From the NCBI GenBank assembly GCA_035625915.1, contig DASPOR010000117.1, positions 3,700-67,699 of the forward strand: a DNA stretch of 64,000 nt. The letters run 5' to 3'. Positions 18,643 through 27,401 of this stretch are shown piece after piece. The notes beneath the pieces were generated by a model. The model did not search any database. It was not told the origin of the DNA and saw only the letters and a list, made by a program, of their open reading frames with translations. Position numbers and translations under genes: made by a program. Numbering within the stretch: the stretch's first letter is position 1; each line of letters starts with the position of its first letter. This stretch comes from Alphaproteobacteria bacterium. Its GTDB lineage: Bacteria > Pseudomonadota > Alphaproteobacteria > JACZXZ01.

Positions 18643-20262
18643 CTACTTAATGCGTTCGAGCAAAACCGCAATTCCCCCACTGGTACTTCCAACCCCTAAC
18701 CTGATAACGCCCCGGAACCTGTCTTTGTCAAAGTTGCCCGATACCGGCATCTCTCCAACTTTTCCTGTAAACGAGCCGTCGCTAGCAATGTTCCCCGAAA
18801 ACGACATTTGACCCCTCTGACCTTTGAGTTGCCCGGATACTGTGTTGTTAGCGACCGTTACCATGATGTCCCCATCACAGTAACCTGCGGCTTGGCAGTT
18901 GCCGCGAAGAGAAGACCCCTTCCATGCGCCGTCATATAGTTTGTTGGGAGAAGGCGAGCTCGTGACTATTTTGCTTACATCGGGCGCGACCAATACCTGT
19001 TGCTGAGACGGGGCGATCGAAGCAGCAGGAGAAGTCGGCGCTACAGCGATGGCTTGCTGTTGTGGTGCGGGGACCGGCGCGGTCGAAGTCGAGGCGCCCA
19101 CAGGAACTGGCGCCTCGCGGTCCGGCATCGGAGACGGAACTGTCTTAGTCGCCGCGGCCTGCTGCTTCAGTGCGGGGGTCGGCGTAGTCGAAGTCGAGGC
19201 ACCCGTAGAGGCCGGCGGCACGTGTGTTGGACTTGGGTACGCACTTGTTTTGTTCGCCGCGGCCTGCTGCTGAGGCTTCGATTTCGGGGCGGCCGGGATC
19301 GGCTCGGTCGTACTGACTGGCGGCGGAGATTCCGGCGTGAGCACCCACAGGCGCTGCCGCGCCAGCTCGGCGACAGCACCGGTCGGGAACAGCCGTAGGT
19401 ACGCCTCATAATCCGCTGGATCGGCACTGTTTCGGATTGCCTCCCAAACTTGGGCGTCGAGCGGCGGCAGGTCCTTCGTGGATTCAGGCAGCGAAGATGC
19501 GGCCTGAACGGCGGACTGGGGAGCACTCGGTGTCGAGCCGGTTTCAATGACGGATGCAGCATGCTGCATGTAGAAGGCACCGGCGGCGCCGATCACAATG
19601 AGAAATGCCGCTCCCGCGATCAGTTTGGTTCGCTGCGACTGCCGAGCGGCTGCAATGCGATGACGCTCCAATCGCAGCCGATAGATCCGCACGGGCTCCG
19701 TGATGTTCCTGACCCGCTGCTTGCCGAGGAACTTGCACGGGAGCGTGATCTTGTTTTGGACCTGGTCGAACACTGTGCCGGAGATATTGATCGAGCCTGG
19801 TCGTGCCAGGTTTTCCAGGCGGGCGGCGATGATCACGCCGTCGCCGTAAATATCCTCCTCGTCGACGATAACGTCGCCGAGATTGATGCCGACGCGAAAC
19901 TCCATCCGCTGGTCCTTCGGCGTGCTCGCGTCGCGCTCGACCATGCCGTGTTGCACTTCGATAGCGCAACGCACCGCCTCGACGACGCTCGGGAACTCGA
20001 CGAGTACACCGTCGCCGGTCGACTTGACCGTTCGCCCGTGGTGTTCCCTGATTTTCGGGTCAATCAGCTCGCGGCGGTGGGCTTTCAGACGTGAGTGCGT
20101 CCCCTCCTCGTCCGCCTCCATCAACCGACTGTAGCCGGCGACATCGGCAGCCAAGACGGCGGCAATCCTACGCTCGGCGGGCTGTAATTCCACGGCATCG
20201 TCTCCAAGCCGTGGAAAAAGTTGTAGCACGCACTTTGCTGCCGCCTGCGTGATTGATTTCAC
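18643..20262 (-). CDS. membrane-anchored class III adenylate/guanylate cyclase-domain protein with periplasmic Pro/Thr/Ala-rich repeat region and C-terminal unknown domain
   Basis: N-terminal cyclase homology domain (AAVLAADVAGYS...KSTGDGVLVEF...GINLGDV...GDGVIIAARLE), one TM helix (LIAGAAFLIVIGAAGAF), then low-complexity repeats (STSTTPTPALKQQAAATKT / STSTAPVPAPQQQAIA), then a roughly 100-aa Cys-containing C-terminal domain. Confidence 0.7.
   Translation of the reverse strand: MKSITQAAAKCVLQLFPRLGDDAVELQPAERRIAAVLAADVAGYSRLMEADEEGTHSRLKAHRRELIDPKIREHHGRTVKSTGDGVLVEFPSVVEAVRCAIEVQHGMVERDASTPKDQRMEFRVGINLGDVIVDEEDIYGDGVIIAARLENLARPGSINISGTVFDQVQNKITLPCKFLGKQRVRNITEPVRIYRLRLERHRIAAARQSQRTKLIAGAAFLIVIGAAGAFYMQHAASVIETGSTPSAPQSAVQAASSLPESTKDLPPLDAQVWEAIRNSADPADYEAYLRLFPTGAVAELARQRLWVLTPESPPPVSTTEPIPAAPKSKPQQQAAANKTSAYPSPTHVPPASTGASTSTTPTPALKQQAAATKTVPSPMPDREAPVPVGASTSTAPVPAPQQQAIAVAPTSPAASIAPSQQQVLVAPDVSKIVTSSPSPNKLYDGAWKGSSLRGNCQAAGYCDGDIMVTVANNTVSGQLKGQRGQMSFSGNIASDGSFTGKVGEMPVSGNFDKDRFRGVIRLGVGSTSGGIAVLLERIK
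19044..19285. repeat. approximately 105-bp degenerate tandem DNA repeat (about 2.3 units) inside the cyclase gene
   Basis: ggcttgctgttgtggtgcggggaccggcgcggtcgaagtcgaggcgccc... is repeated as ggcctgctgcttcagtgcgggggtcggcgtagtcgaagtcgaggcaccc..., then a third partial cgccgcggcctgctgctgagg. It encodes the Pro/Thr-rich protein repeats. Confidence 0.6.
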
Positions 20263-20667
20263 ACGCTCCCACTCGCCATTTCTTCGGGCGGAATTTCACG
20301 GTGTTCGTGCGTTTGACCCGCAAGCCATTTGTAAGCATCGCGAGCGAGGAGCAACCACACCGTCACTGAACGCACGTCAGGGACAGCCTGCGGCGGTAAA
20401 CAAGAATTACGCCTGTCGCCAAACGCCCCTGAATTGTCACACGCCCTGTAGCGCGCTTGTATCCTCCGCCGCCAAGCGATCTTTCTCACAAGCCATTGTT
20501 CTGGGCCGATTTTTATTGCCGAACGGTCGCTTTTCGTGGGCAACTTCCTTCAAACCGCCACGACATAACCTAAAATTGAGTTCCCCGCGTTAACCATTCC
20601 TTAATAACCGTGGTTCAGGCTTGATTCGGGCCAATTTTTATTCGCACGCGTCGGGGACGCATCGCCA

Positions 20668-20913
20668 ATGAGCATCTGGCAACGCCAAAAGCGGCCTGAA
20701 ATTTCGGAAGGAGCCGCCTTCCGTCACCCTCAACCCGGTGCGGTCACCGAGACCGCTCGTGTCCTCTCGCTCTGCAGCGACCCGCTCGGCATACCCCACG
20801 TCCGCTTCATGGTGAGCTACGAGAAGAGCGAGCGCACGATCCTCGAGGACGGACCGCGCATCCTCTCCCTGACGGCGTTTGCTTCCCGTTACCGCGAGCC
20901 CTCCGCCGCCTAG
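20668..20913 (+). CDS. small hypothetical protein
   Basis: 81-aa ORF in an otherwise empty intergenic region, co-directional with the following two small genes. No family recognised, weak support. Confidence 0.3.
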   Translation: MSIWQRQKRPEISEGAAFRHPQPGAVTETARVLSLCSDPLGIPHVRFMVSYEKSERTILEDGPRILSLTAFASRYREPSAA

Positions 20914-20945
20914 CACAAAGGCGGAGCCTTGCCGGCCTTGGCCGC

Positions 20946-21149
20946 TTGCGGCAAGCTGGGCCCGTGGCCGAAATCGTCAACCTTCGGAAAATTCGCAAAG
21001 CCAAGTCGCGGGCTGAGTCCGAGCGCCAGGCAGCCCAAAACCGCCTGCGCTTTGGCCGCACGAGGGCCGCCAAAGACCGGGACAGCCTGGAAACAGCACG
21101 GCAGGCCCGCGCCCTCGACCGTAAAAAGCTCGACGATCGGGATTTCTAG
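20946..21149 (+). CDS. DUF4169-family small protein
   Basis: AEIVNLRKIRKAKSRAESERQAAQNRLRFGRTRAAKDRD matches the conserved alphaproteobacterial DUF4169 pattern (EIVNLR..ARK...R.GRTKAE). Confidence 0.5.
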   Translation: MRQAGPVAEIVNLRKIRKAKSRAESERQAAQNRLRFGRTRAAKDRDSLETARQARALDRKKLDDRDF

Positions 21150-21207
21150 ACGAGCCGCGCCGACGGGCTTATGTCACTTAATAGTGCCAATTTCACGTGA
21201 GGCGGGC

Positions 21208-21630
21208 ATGAAGCACGCCATTCCATTCGGCATTCGTGGGCTCGATCACGTGGTTCTGCGCGTGCGCGATTCGGCCCGGGTCGAGCGTTTTTATTGCGAC
21301 GTGCTCGGTTGCACGGTCGAAAAGGTCCAGGCCGATCTCGGTCTCACCCAGCTTCGCGCGGGGAACACCCTCATCGATCTTGTGGACATTGGCGGCAAGA
21401 TCGGGCGGGAAGGCGGGGCCGCACCCGGCAAGGAAGGGCGCAATTTGGACCATTTCTGCCTCAGGATCGATCCCTTCGATCCGAACGCGATCGCGGCACA
21501 TCTGCATGCCCACGGAATTAAGCACGGGGAGCCACAGGCGCGCTTCGGCGCCGACGGCGTAGGCCCCTCGATCTATCTCGACGACCCCGAGGGCAACCGC
21601 GTCGAGCTCAAGGGCCCGCCCTCGCGGTAG
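21208..21630 (+). CDS. VOC (glyoxalase/bleomycin-resistance/dioxygenase) family protein
   Basis: MKHAIPFGIRGLDHVVLRVRD...FYCDVLG...NLDHFCLRI...DPEGNRVEL, a typical paired beta-alpha-beta-beta-beta VOC fold signature. The start is taken at MKHAIPF. Confidence 0.7.
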   Translation: MKHAIPFGIRGLDHVVLRVRDSARVERFYCDVLGCTVEKVQADLGLTQLRAGNTLIDLVDIGGKIGREGGAAPGKEGRNLDHFCLRIDPFDPNAIAAHLHAHGIKHGEPQARFGADGVGPSIYLDDPEGNRVELKGPPSR

Positions 21631-21637
21631 CCCGCGG

Positions 21638-22069
21638 CTACTTCTTTTCGATCAGCCTGAGCGAAGCGGAGTTCATGCAGTAGCGCTCACCCGTCGGCTG
21701 CGGCCCGTCCGGAAACACGTGGCCGAGATGGGCATCGCACTTGCTGCAAAGCACTTCCGTTCGCGTCATAAAGAATTTGCGATCGGTTTTGAGGGTGACG
21801 GCGTCTCCGTCGACCGGCGCCCAGAAGCTTGGCCATCCCGTGCCCGAATCGAACTTCGTGTTCGAATCGAAGAGCGACCGACCGCAGCAAACACAGACAT
21901 AGATGCCAGGCGTCTTCGTGTTCCAGAACTCGCCGGTGAATGCGCGCTCGGTCCCTTGGCGGCGGGTCACCTCGTATTGGAGCGGGGTTAATTTCGCCCG
22001 CCATTCGGCGTCATCCTTTATCACCTTGTCGACCTTCACCTTGTTCGTTTTTTCCTTGACCTCGACCAT
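21638..22069 (-). CDS. msrB: peptide-methionine (R)-S-oxide reductase
   Basis: CxxC...CxxC zinc motifs with GWPSF and the catalytic RYCMNS region. The start is taken at MVEVKEK; the ORF-track N-terminal extension is probably non-coding. Confidence 0.85.
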   Translation of the reverse strand: MVEVKEKTNKVKVDKVIKDDAEWRAKLTPLQYEVTRRQGTERAFTGEFWNTKTPGIYVCVCCGRSLFDSNTKFDSGTGWPSFWAPVDGDAVTLKTDRKFFMTRTEVLCSKCDAHLGHVFPDGPQPTGERYCMNSASLRLIEKK

Positions 22070-22124
22070 ATTCACGCACTCCAAGAAAGAGCCGTTGGAC
22101 GAAACCTGCCCTTCGAATCCAAGA

Positions 22125-22589
22125 TCATTGCGCTGCTTGCGTCGATTTGGGCATTTCGGGCTGTTGGCGGAAAGAGACCGCGATTCGATTCCAGCCGTTG
22201 ATCGCAACGATTGCCATGGTGAGATCGACGAGTTCCTTCTCGCTGAATTCTTCGCGAGCTTCTTCATAGACCGCGTCCGGCACGTGGTCCCTTGCGATGA
22301 GGGTCACGGCCTCGGTCCAGGCGAGTGCCGCGCGCTCGCGCGCGGTGAAAAAAGGCGCTTCTTCCCAGACAGCGACCGCATAGAGGCGGCGCTCCGTCTC
22401 GCCGGCCTTGCGTGCGTCGCGCGTGTGCAAATCGACGCAATAGGCGCAGCCGTTGATCTGCGAAGCGCGCAGCTTGACAAGTTCCAAGAGCGAATGCTCA
22501 AGGCCGCACCCGTCGACATAGGCTTGTACGCCACGCATCGCTTTGACCGCATCCGGGGCCACGCTGTAATAGCGTATACGCTCTTCCAT
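22125..22589 (-). CDS. carboxymuconolactone decarboxylase (AhpD-like) family protein
   Basis: [11 protein letters not shown] (CxxC-H) AhpD-core motif. 154 aa. Confidence 0.75.
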   Translation of the reverse strand: MEERIRYYSVAPDAVKAMRGVQAYVDGCGLEHSLLELVKLRASQINGCAYCVDLHTRDARKAGETERRLYAVAVWEEAPFFTARERAALAWTEAVTLIARDHVPDAVYEEAREEFSEKELVDLTMAIVAINGWNRIAVSFRQQPEMPKSTQAAQ

Positions 22590-22617
22590 TGCTCACTCCC
22601 TCGCGTTGGTGTGGCGG

Positions 22618-23106
22618 TCACGGTTCGTCGACCGCAACCGATAGCTTCGCCGCACGACGCAATTCGAAAAACCTGCGCAACAGGTCTCCCGCGCGGGTTT
22701 CCTCGATCCCGCCGTAAATCTCGGGGCGATGGTGGCAGGTCGGCTGGGCATAGAAGCGCGCGCCATGCTCGACTCCGCCACCCTTTGAATCATAAGCCGC
22801 AAAATAGAGCCGGCGAAGGCGCGCGAATGAAATGGCAGCCGCGCACATCGCGCAGGGCTCGAGTGTCACGTAAAGATCGCACGCTTCGAGTCGCGATTGG
22901 CCGAGTATGCGGCAGGCGTCCCGGATCGCCAGCATTTCGGCATGCGCCGTAGGATCGACGAGCTCAACCATCCGATTGCCGGATGCGGCCACGACGTTGC
23001 CGCGCGCATCGGAAAGGACGGCGCCGACCGGCACTTCCCCCTGCAAGCCGGCCCGCTCAGCAAAGTCGAGGGCGAGCGACATGAGGCCCTGTGCTGCGGC
23101 GGTCAT
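22618..23106 (-). CDS. tadA: tRNA adenosine(34) deaminase
   Basis: HAEMLAIR...LEPCAMCAAA CDA zinc-binding motifs. The start is uncertain (MTAAAQG or MSLALDF). Confidence 0.8.
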   Translation of the reverse strand: MTAAAQGLMSLALDFAERAGLQGEVPVGAVLSDARGNVVAASGNRMVELVDPTAHAEMLAIRDACRILGQSRLEACDLYVTLEPCAMCAAAISFARLRRLYFAAYDSKGGGVEHGARFYAQPTCHHRPEIYGGIEETRAGDLLRRFFELRRAAKLSVAVDEP

Positions 23107-23230
23107 GGCGAAACCATGGTAGCACCGCACCGCGGCGTCAAGCCACCAGGGCTATCGATTTCGGGCGATTACCCCGGTCGAGCCACCCTCCCGATTGCAC
23201 TCCTGCCCGGCAATCCCTACATTGCGCCCC

Positions 23231-23941
23231 ATGACCCGCCCAGCCATCGGCCTTACCCTCGATTCCGAGCCGCCCGGCGGCTATTCCAAGCTGCCTTGGT
23301 ACGCCTTGCGACAGAACTACTCCGACACCATTGCGGCGGCCGGCGGTCTGCCTATCCTATTGCCCCACGACCCCGATCGCGTGGAAGATTATCTCGATCG
23401 GCTCCGGGGACTTGTGGTGACGGGCGGAGCTTTCGACGTCGATCCGTCACTGTTCGGAGCGACAACGAAACACCCGACCGTGAAAACGAAGGACGGCCGC
23501 ACGGCCTTTGAAAGCGCGATCCTCAAGGGTGCGCTCAAGCGCGATATGCCGGTCCTCGGCATCTGTGGCGGTCAGCAACTCCTCAATGTCGTGCTCGGCG
23601 GAACGCTCATCCAGCATATCCCCGCGGAAGTCGACGATGCTCTCGCCCATGAGCAGCCAAATCCGCGCACTGAGCCAGGCCATGTCGTGCACGTCGTTAA
23701 GGGAACGCTCCTTTATCGAATCACGGGATCGGAGGCGCTCGCCGTCAATTCAGCGCACCACCAGGCTGCCAAGGATGTCGGACGCGATGTGATCGTCAAT
23801 GCGACCGCCGACGACGGCATCATTGAGGGCATTGAGCATCCGCGCTATCGCTTCTGCCTCGGCGTGCAATGGCACCCCGAATACCTCATCAGCCCCGGGG
23901 ACGGCCGGATCCTAGACGCCTTCGTCGCCGCCGCCGCGTAG
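23231..23941 (+). CDS. class I glutamine amidotransferase-like / gamma-glutamyl-GABA hydrolase (peptidase C26) family protein
   Basis: GICGGQQLL catalytic Cys, HH...VQWHPE motif. The start is taken at MTRPAIGL. Confidence 0.7.
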   Translation: MTRPAIGLTLDSEPPGGYSKLPWYALRQNYSDTIAAAGGLPILLPHDPDRVEDYLDRLRGLVVTGGAFDVDPSLFGATTKHPTVKTKDGRTAFESAILKGALKRDMPVLGICGGQQLLNVVLGGTLIQHIPAEVDDALAHEQPNPRTEPGHVVHVVKGTLLYRITGSEALAVNSAHHQAAKDVGRDVIVNATADDGIIEGIEHPRYRFCLGVQWHPEYLISPGDGRILDAFVAAAA

Positions 23942-23953
23942 CGCCGGCTGGGC

Positions 23954-24736
23954 ATGCCTGAGCACGAGCTTGCCAAAGCTGAGCGCATCGCCAAACGGCT
24001 TGCGCGCGCCGGCCTCTGCTCGCGTCGCGATGCCGAACGTTGGATTGACGAGGGACGTGTCGCAGTAGATGGAAAGGTGTTGACGACACCCGCCGTCGTG
24101 GTGACCGACGACAGTATCATCACCGTCGACGGCAATCCTCTCCCCCAAGCGGAACCCCCGCGGCTTTTTCGTTACTACAAGCCAAGGGGCCTCGTGACCA
24201 CAAACCGCGATCCCGAGGGACGTCCAACGATTTTCGAAAGGCTTCCCCCGGGGCTGCCGCGACTTGTCGCCGTTGGCCGGCTCGATATCGCATCCGAGGG
24301 GTTGCTGCTTTTGACCAACGATGGCGAGCTTGCGCGGCATCTTGAGCTGCCGTCCACGGGCTGGCGTCGGCGCTACCGCGCACGCGCCTTTGGCGCCATC
24401 GACGAGAAATCGCTGCGATCGCTCGGGCGCGGCGTCACGGTCGACGGCTTCGAATACGGCCCCATTGAAGCGAGTCTCGACAAGGTTCAAGGGGCGAACG
24501 TATGGCTCACGGTGATCTTGCGGGAAGGCAAGAACCGCGAAGTGCGCAAGGCGCTCGAGCATCTCGGGCTTTCTGTGAACCGGCTCATTCGCACGGCCTA
24601 TGGCCCCTTCGAGTTGGGGAAACTCGAGCGCGGTGGGGTCGAGGAAGTGCCTCGGGGGCATTTGGGAAACCAGCTCGGCCCGATCTACAAGACGCTTCGC
24701 ACCAAGGTCGCAGGCCGTGCGCATCGTCGCGGGTAG
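23954..24736 (+). CDS. rRNA pseudouridine synthase (RsuA/RluB family) with N-terminal S4 domain
   Basis: S4 RNA-binding N-terminus (RLAKRLARAGLCSRRDAERWI) and catalytic GRLDIASEGLLLLTNDG motif. Confidence 0.8.
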   Translation: MPEHELAKAERIAKRLARAGLCSRRDAERWIDEGRVAVDGKVLTTPAVVVTDDSIITVDGNPLPQAEPPRLFRYYKPRGLVTTNRDPEGRPTIFERLPPGLPRLVAVGRLDIASEGLLLLTNDGELARHLELPSTGWRRRYRARAFGAIDEKSLRSLGRGVTVDGFEYGPIEASLDKVQGANVWLTVILREGKNREVRKALEHLGLSVNRLIRTAYGPFELGKLERGGVEEVPRGHLGNQLGPIYKTLRTKVAGRAHRRG

Positions 24737-25325
24737 GCATCGTGGCAGGTCGATTGCAGCACCTGCGGACGATTCGGTTCGCCCGACGTCGGATCGGGTA
24801 CGTGAGAACCTTTTCAATATCCTCGCGCATGGCAAATTCGCGCGTGCCGATGGCACCTCCCCACTCGAGGGTGCGCATGTGCTCGATGCCTTCGCGGGCA
24901 GCGGCGCACTCGGTCTGGAATCCCTGTCCCGCGGAGCGGCCGACGTCGTGTTTCTCGATCGTGACCTGAGTGCGCTTGAATGCATCCGGCGCAACGTCGC
25001 CAGCCTTCGCGAAGAAAAGCGCTCAACGCTCGTGCAAGGGGACGCCTTGAAGCCGCCACTGCCGGCGAAGGTGCGCGGCAACCCGACGCCGCGCGACCTC
25101 GTCTTCGTCGATCCACCCTATCGCACCGCCGCCGCAGCACCCGCTCTTGCCGCCCTAGCCGCCGCAGGGTGGATCGTCGACTCTGCGATTGCGGTTGTCG
25201 AACTCGATCATCGCGAACCGTTTGCCATACCGGAAGGTTTCGTCGCCGAGGACGAGCGAAGCTATGGTGGAACCAAAATCCTCTTCCTGCGGCATGCTGC
25301 GCCGAAAACCGAGTCTTCGCTGTGA
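24717..25325 (+). CDS. rsmD: 16S rRNA (guanine966-N2)-methyltransferase
   Basis: VRIVAGRHRGR N-terminus from a GTG start that overlaps the previous gene. LDAFAGSGALGLESLSRGA SAM motif and DPPY motif (FVDPPY). Confidence 0.8.
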   Translation: MRIVAGRHRGRSIAAPADDSVRPTSDRVRENLFNILAHGKFARADGTSPLEGAHVLDAFAGSGALGLESLSRGAADVVFLDRDLSALECIRRNVASLREEKRSTLVQGDALKPPLPAKVRGNPTPRDLVFVDPPYRTAAAAPALAALAAAGWIVDSAIAVVELDHREPFAIPEGFVAEDERSYGGTKILFLRHAAPKTESSL

Positions 25326-25346
25326 GCGTCGGGGACGTCGAAAGCG

Positions 25347-27221
25347 TTATCGCCGGCCGAAGAGCTTCTCGATATCGGCGAGCTTGAGCTCGACATAGGT
25401 TGGACGACCGTGATTGCATTGCCCGGCGTGCGGTGTGACCTCCATCTCGCGCAAGAGTGCATCCATCTCGGCAATTGACAGATGACGGCCGGCCCGCACG
25501 CTGCCATGGCACGCCATCGTTCCGCACACATCGCCGAGCTTTTCCTTGAGGGACAGGGCCTGGCCGAGTTCCGCGAGCTCGTCCGCGAGGTCGCGCACGA
25601 GACTCTGGACATCGCATGCCCCAAGGAGTGCTGGAACCTCGCGAACGACAACCGCACCCTCGCCAAAAGGCTCAAGCACGAGGCCGAGTTCCGCAAGCTC
25701 CGCGGCGCGGGAGGTGAGTCGCTCGGCGGCAGCGGGATCGAGCTCGATGACGTCCGGGATCAGAAGCGCCTGGCGCGCGACCCCCGTCGTTTCGAGGGCG
25801 CGCTTCATTCGCTCGTAGACTAGTCGCTCATGCGCCGCATGCTGATCGACGATGACGATTCCGTCCGCGGTCTGGGCCACGATGTAGGTTTCGTGGAGTT
25901 GCGCGCGAGGTGCCCCAAGGGGGTACTCAACAGGTTCTTCCCCGGCGGTCGCGCTTGCTTCCCCCGCTTTCGCCGCCGGGGCCGTCGTGACGCCAGGGAG
26001 TTGATTTTTGTGCTCCGGTACTGGAGCGAGGTAACCTGCCGCCGCCTCTGCAAGGCCCTGCTGGAAATAACGCGGCGGAGTCGCCGCTTGCCGGCCGTAG
26101 CTTGTGTGCCCGGTGCCTGTGTGCCCAAATCCGGTCGTCGTCGCACCCGTGTGAGGCGTCACATGTGTCATTGGACGGAACGCGCCGAGAGCGGCAGTCG
26201 CAATCGTGGTCGAAGCACGGTAACCCGCTTCGGCGAGCGCGTGCTTGAGCGCACTCACGATCAGTCCACGCACCAACCCCGCATCGCGAAACCGTACCTC
26301 GGCCTTCGCCGGGTGGACGTTGACATCGACCAATGCCGGCTCGAGCTCGAGAAAGAGGGCGAGCATCGGATGGCGATCCCGCGCGAGAAAGTCCTGATAG
26401 GCGCCACGCACGGCGCCAGCCAGCAGCTTGTCGCGTACGGGGCGGCCGTTGACGAAAAGATATTGGTGTTGGGCCGTGGCGCGGTTGAGGGTCGGCACCG
26501 CCGCGTGTCCGGAGAGCCGAATGCCCTCGCGCAGCGCCTCGATCTTGAGGGCGTTGTCCGCGAACTCGCGCCCCATGATGGCGCCGAGCCGGCCGTGCTG
26601 CGCATCGAGGAGGTCGCCCTGGACTGCCGAGAGGCGCACGACGGCGCGCTCGCCGTCCGAGAGGGTGAATTCGCCGGCGGGATGAGCCATGGCAAGCCGG
26701 TGGACCACGTCGATCGCCGCGTGCAGCTCGGTACGTTCGGCCTTCATGAATTTGAGGCGCGCAGGGGTTGCGAAAAAGAGGTCGCGGACTTCGATGCGCG
26801 TGCCTGGCGGGTGAGCCGCCGGTTGGATCCGGCCTTTGACCCCGGCCTCGACGGCAAGGCTCCACGCCTCGCTCGCACCCTGGACACGACTTGTAAGGGT
26901 CATCCTGCTTACGGCGCCGATGGAGGGCAATGCCTCGCCGCGAAATCCGAAATAGGCAATATGGCTAAGATCGTCGTCGGGAAGCTTTGAGGTGGCATGG
27001 CGCTCGACCGCAAGCGACAAATCTTCGGCGGTCATGCCGCAGCCGTCGTCGGTCACGGTCATAAGTGTGCGCCCGCCCTCGCGCAGCATCGCGTCTACGC
27101 GCCGCGCTCCTGCATCAAGGGAATTTTCGATCAACTCCTTGAGTGCTGCGGCCGGACGTTCGATCACCTCGCCGGCCGCAATCCGGTTAATGAGATCGGT
27201 CGGCAGCACGCGCAATGCCAT
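25347..27221 (-). CDS. mutL: DNA mismatch repair protein MutL
   Basis: N-terminal GHKL ATPase ([30 protein letters not shown]) and C-terminal dimerisation domain. The start is taken at MALRVLP with GGAGG 6 bp upstream. The ORF-track extension reads into the repeat. Confidence 0.9.
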   Translation of the reverse strand: MALRVLPTDLINRIAAGEVIERPAAALKELIENSLDAGARRVDAMLREGGRTLMTVTDDGCGMTAEDLSLAVERHATSKLPDDDLSHIAYFGFRGEALPSIGAVSRMTLTSRVQGASEAWSLAVEAGVKGRIQPAAHPPGTRIEVRDLFFATPARLKFMKAERTELHAAIDVVHRLAMAHPAGEFTLSDGERAVVRLSAVQGDLLDAQHGRLGAIMGREFADNALKIEALREGIRLSGHAAVPTLNRATAQHQYLFVNGRPVRDKLLAGAVRGAYQDFLARDRHPMLALFLELEPALVDVNVHPAKAEVRFRDAGLVRGLIVSALKHALAEAGYRASTTIATAALGAFRPMTHVTPHTGATTTGFGHTGTGHTSYGRQAATPPRYFQQGLAEAAAGYLAPVPEHKNQLPGVTTAPAAKAGEASATAGEEPVEYPLGAPRAQLHETYIVAQTADGIVIVDQHAAHERLVYERMKRALETTGVARQALLIPDVIELDPAAAERLTSRAAELAELGLVLEPFGEGAVVVREVPALLGACDVQSLVRDLADELAELGQALSLKEKLGDVCGTMACHGSVRAGRHLSIAEMDALLREMEVTPHAGQCNHGRPTYVELKLADIEKLFGRR

Positions 27222-27235
27222 AACGATCCTCCGCG

Positions 27236-27401
27236 CTCGTGTGGTGGATTTGAAGTTCCTGTCATTCTGGTGGTACGCGCGTTTAGGAACTTCAAATCCG
27301 AATACCACACTCGATACAACATATTACGGGTGTGGCTTTGAATCCGAAATTCGCTCACGGTCCCGCACCTGATGTGGCGAATTTCGCATTCGTCACACTA
27401 G
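27236..27401 (-). repeat. MITE-like two-hairpin interspersed repeat, copy 2 (inverted orientation)
   Basis: Reverse-complement match to copies 1, 3 and 4 over its full length. Its terminal CTAG contains the pgi stop codon. The other end lies 15 bp from the mutL ATG. Confidence 0.8.
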
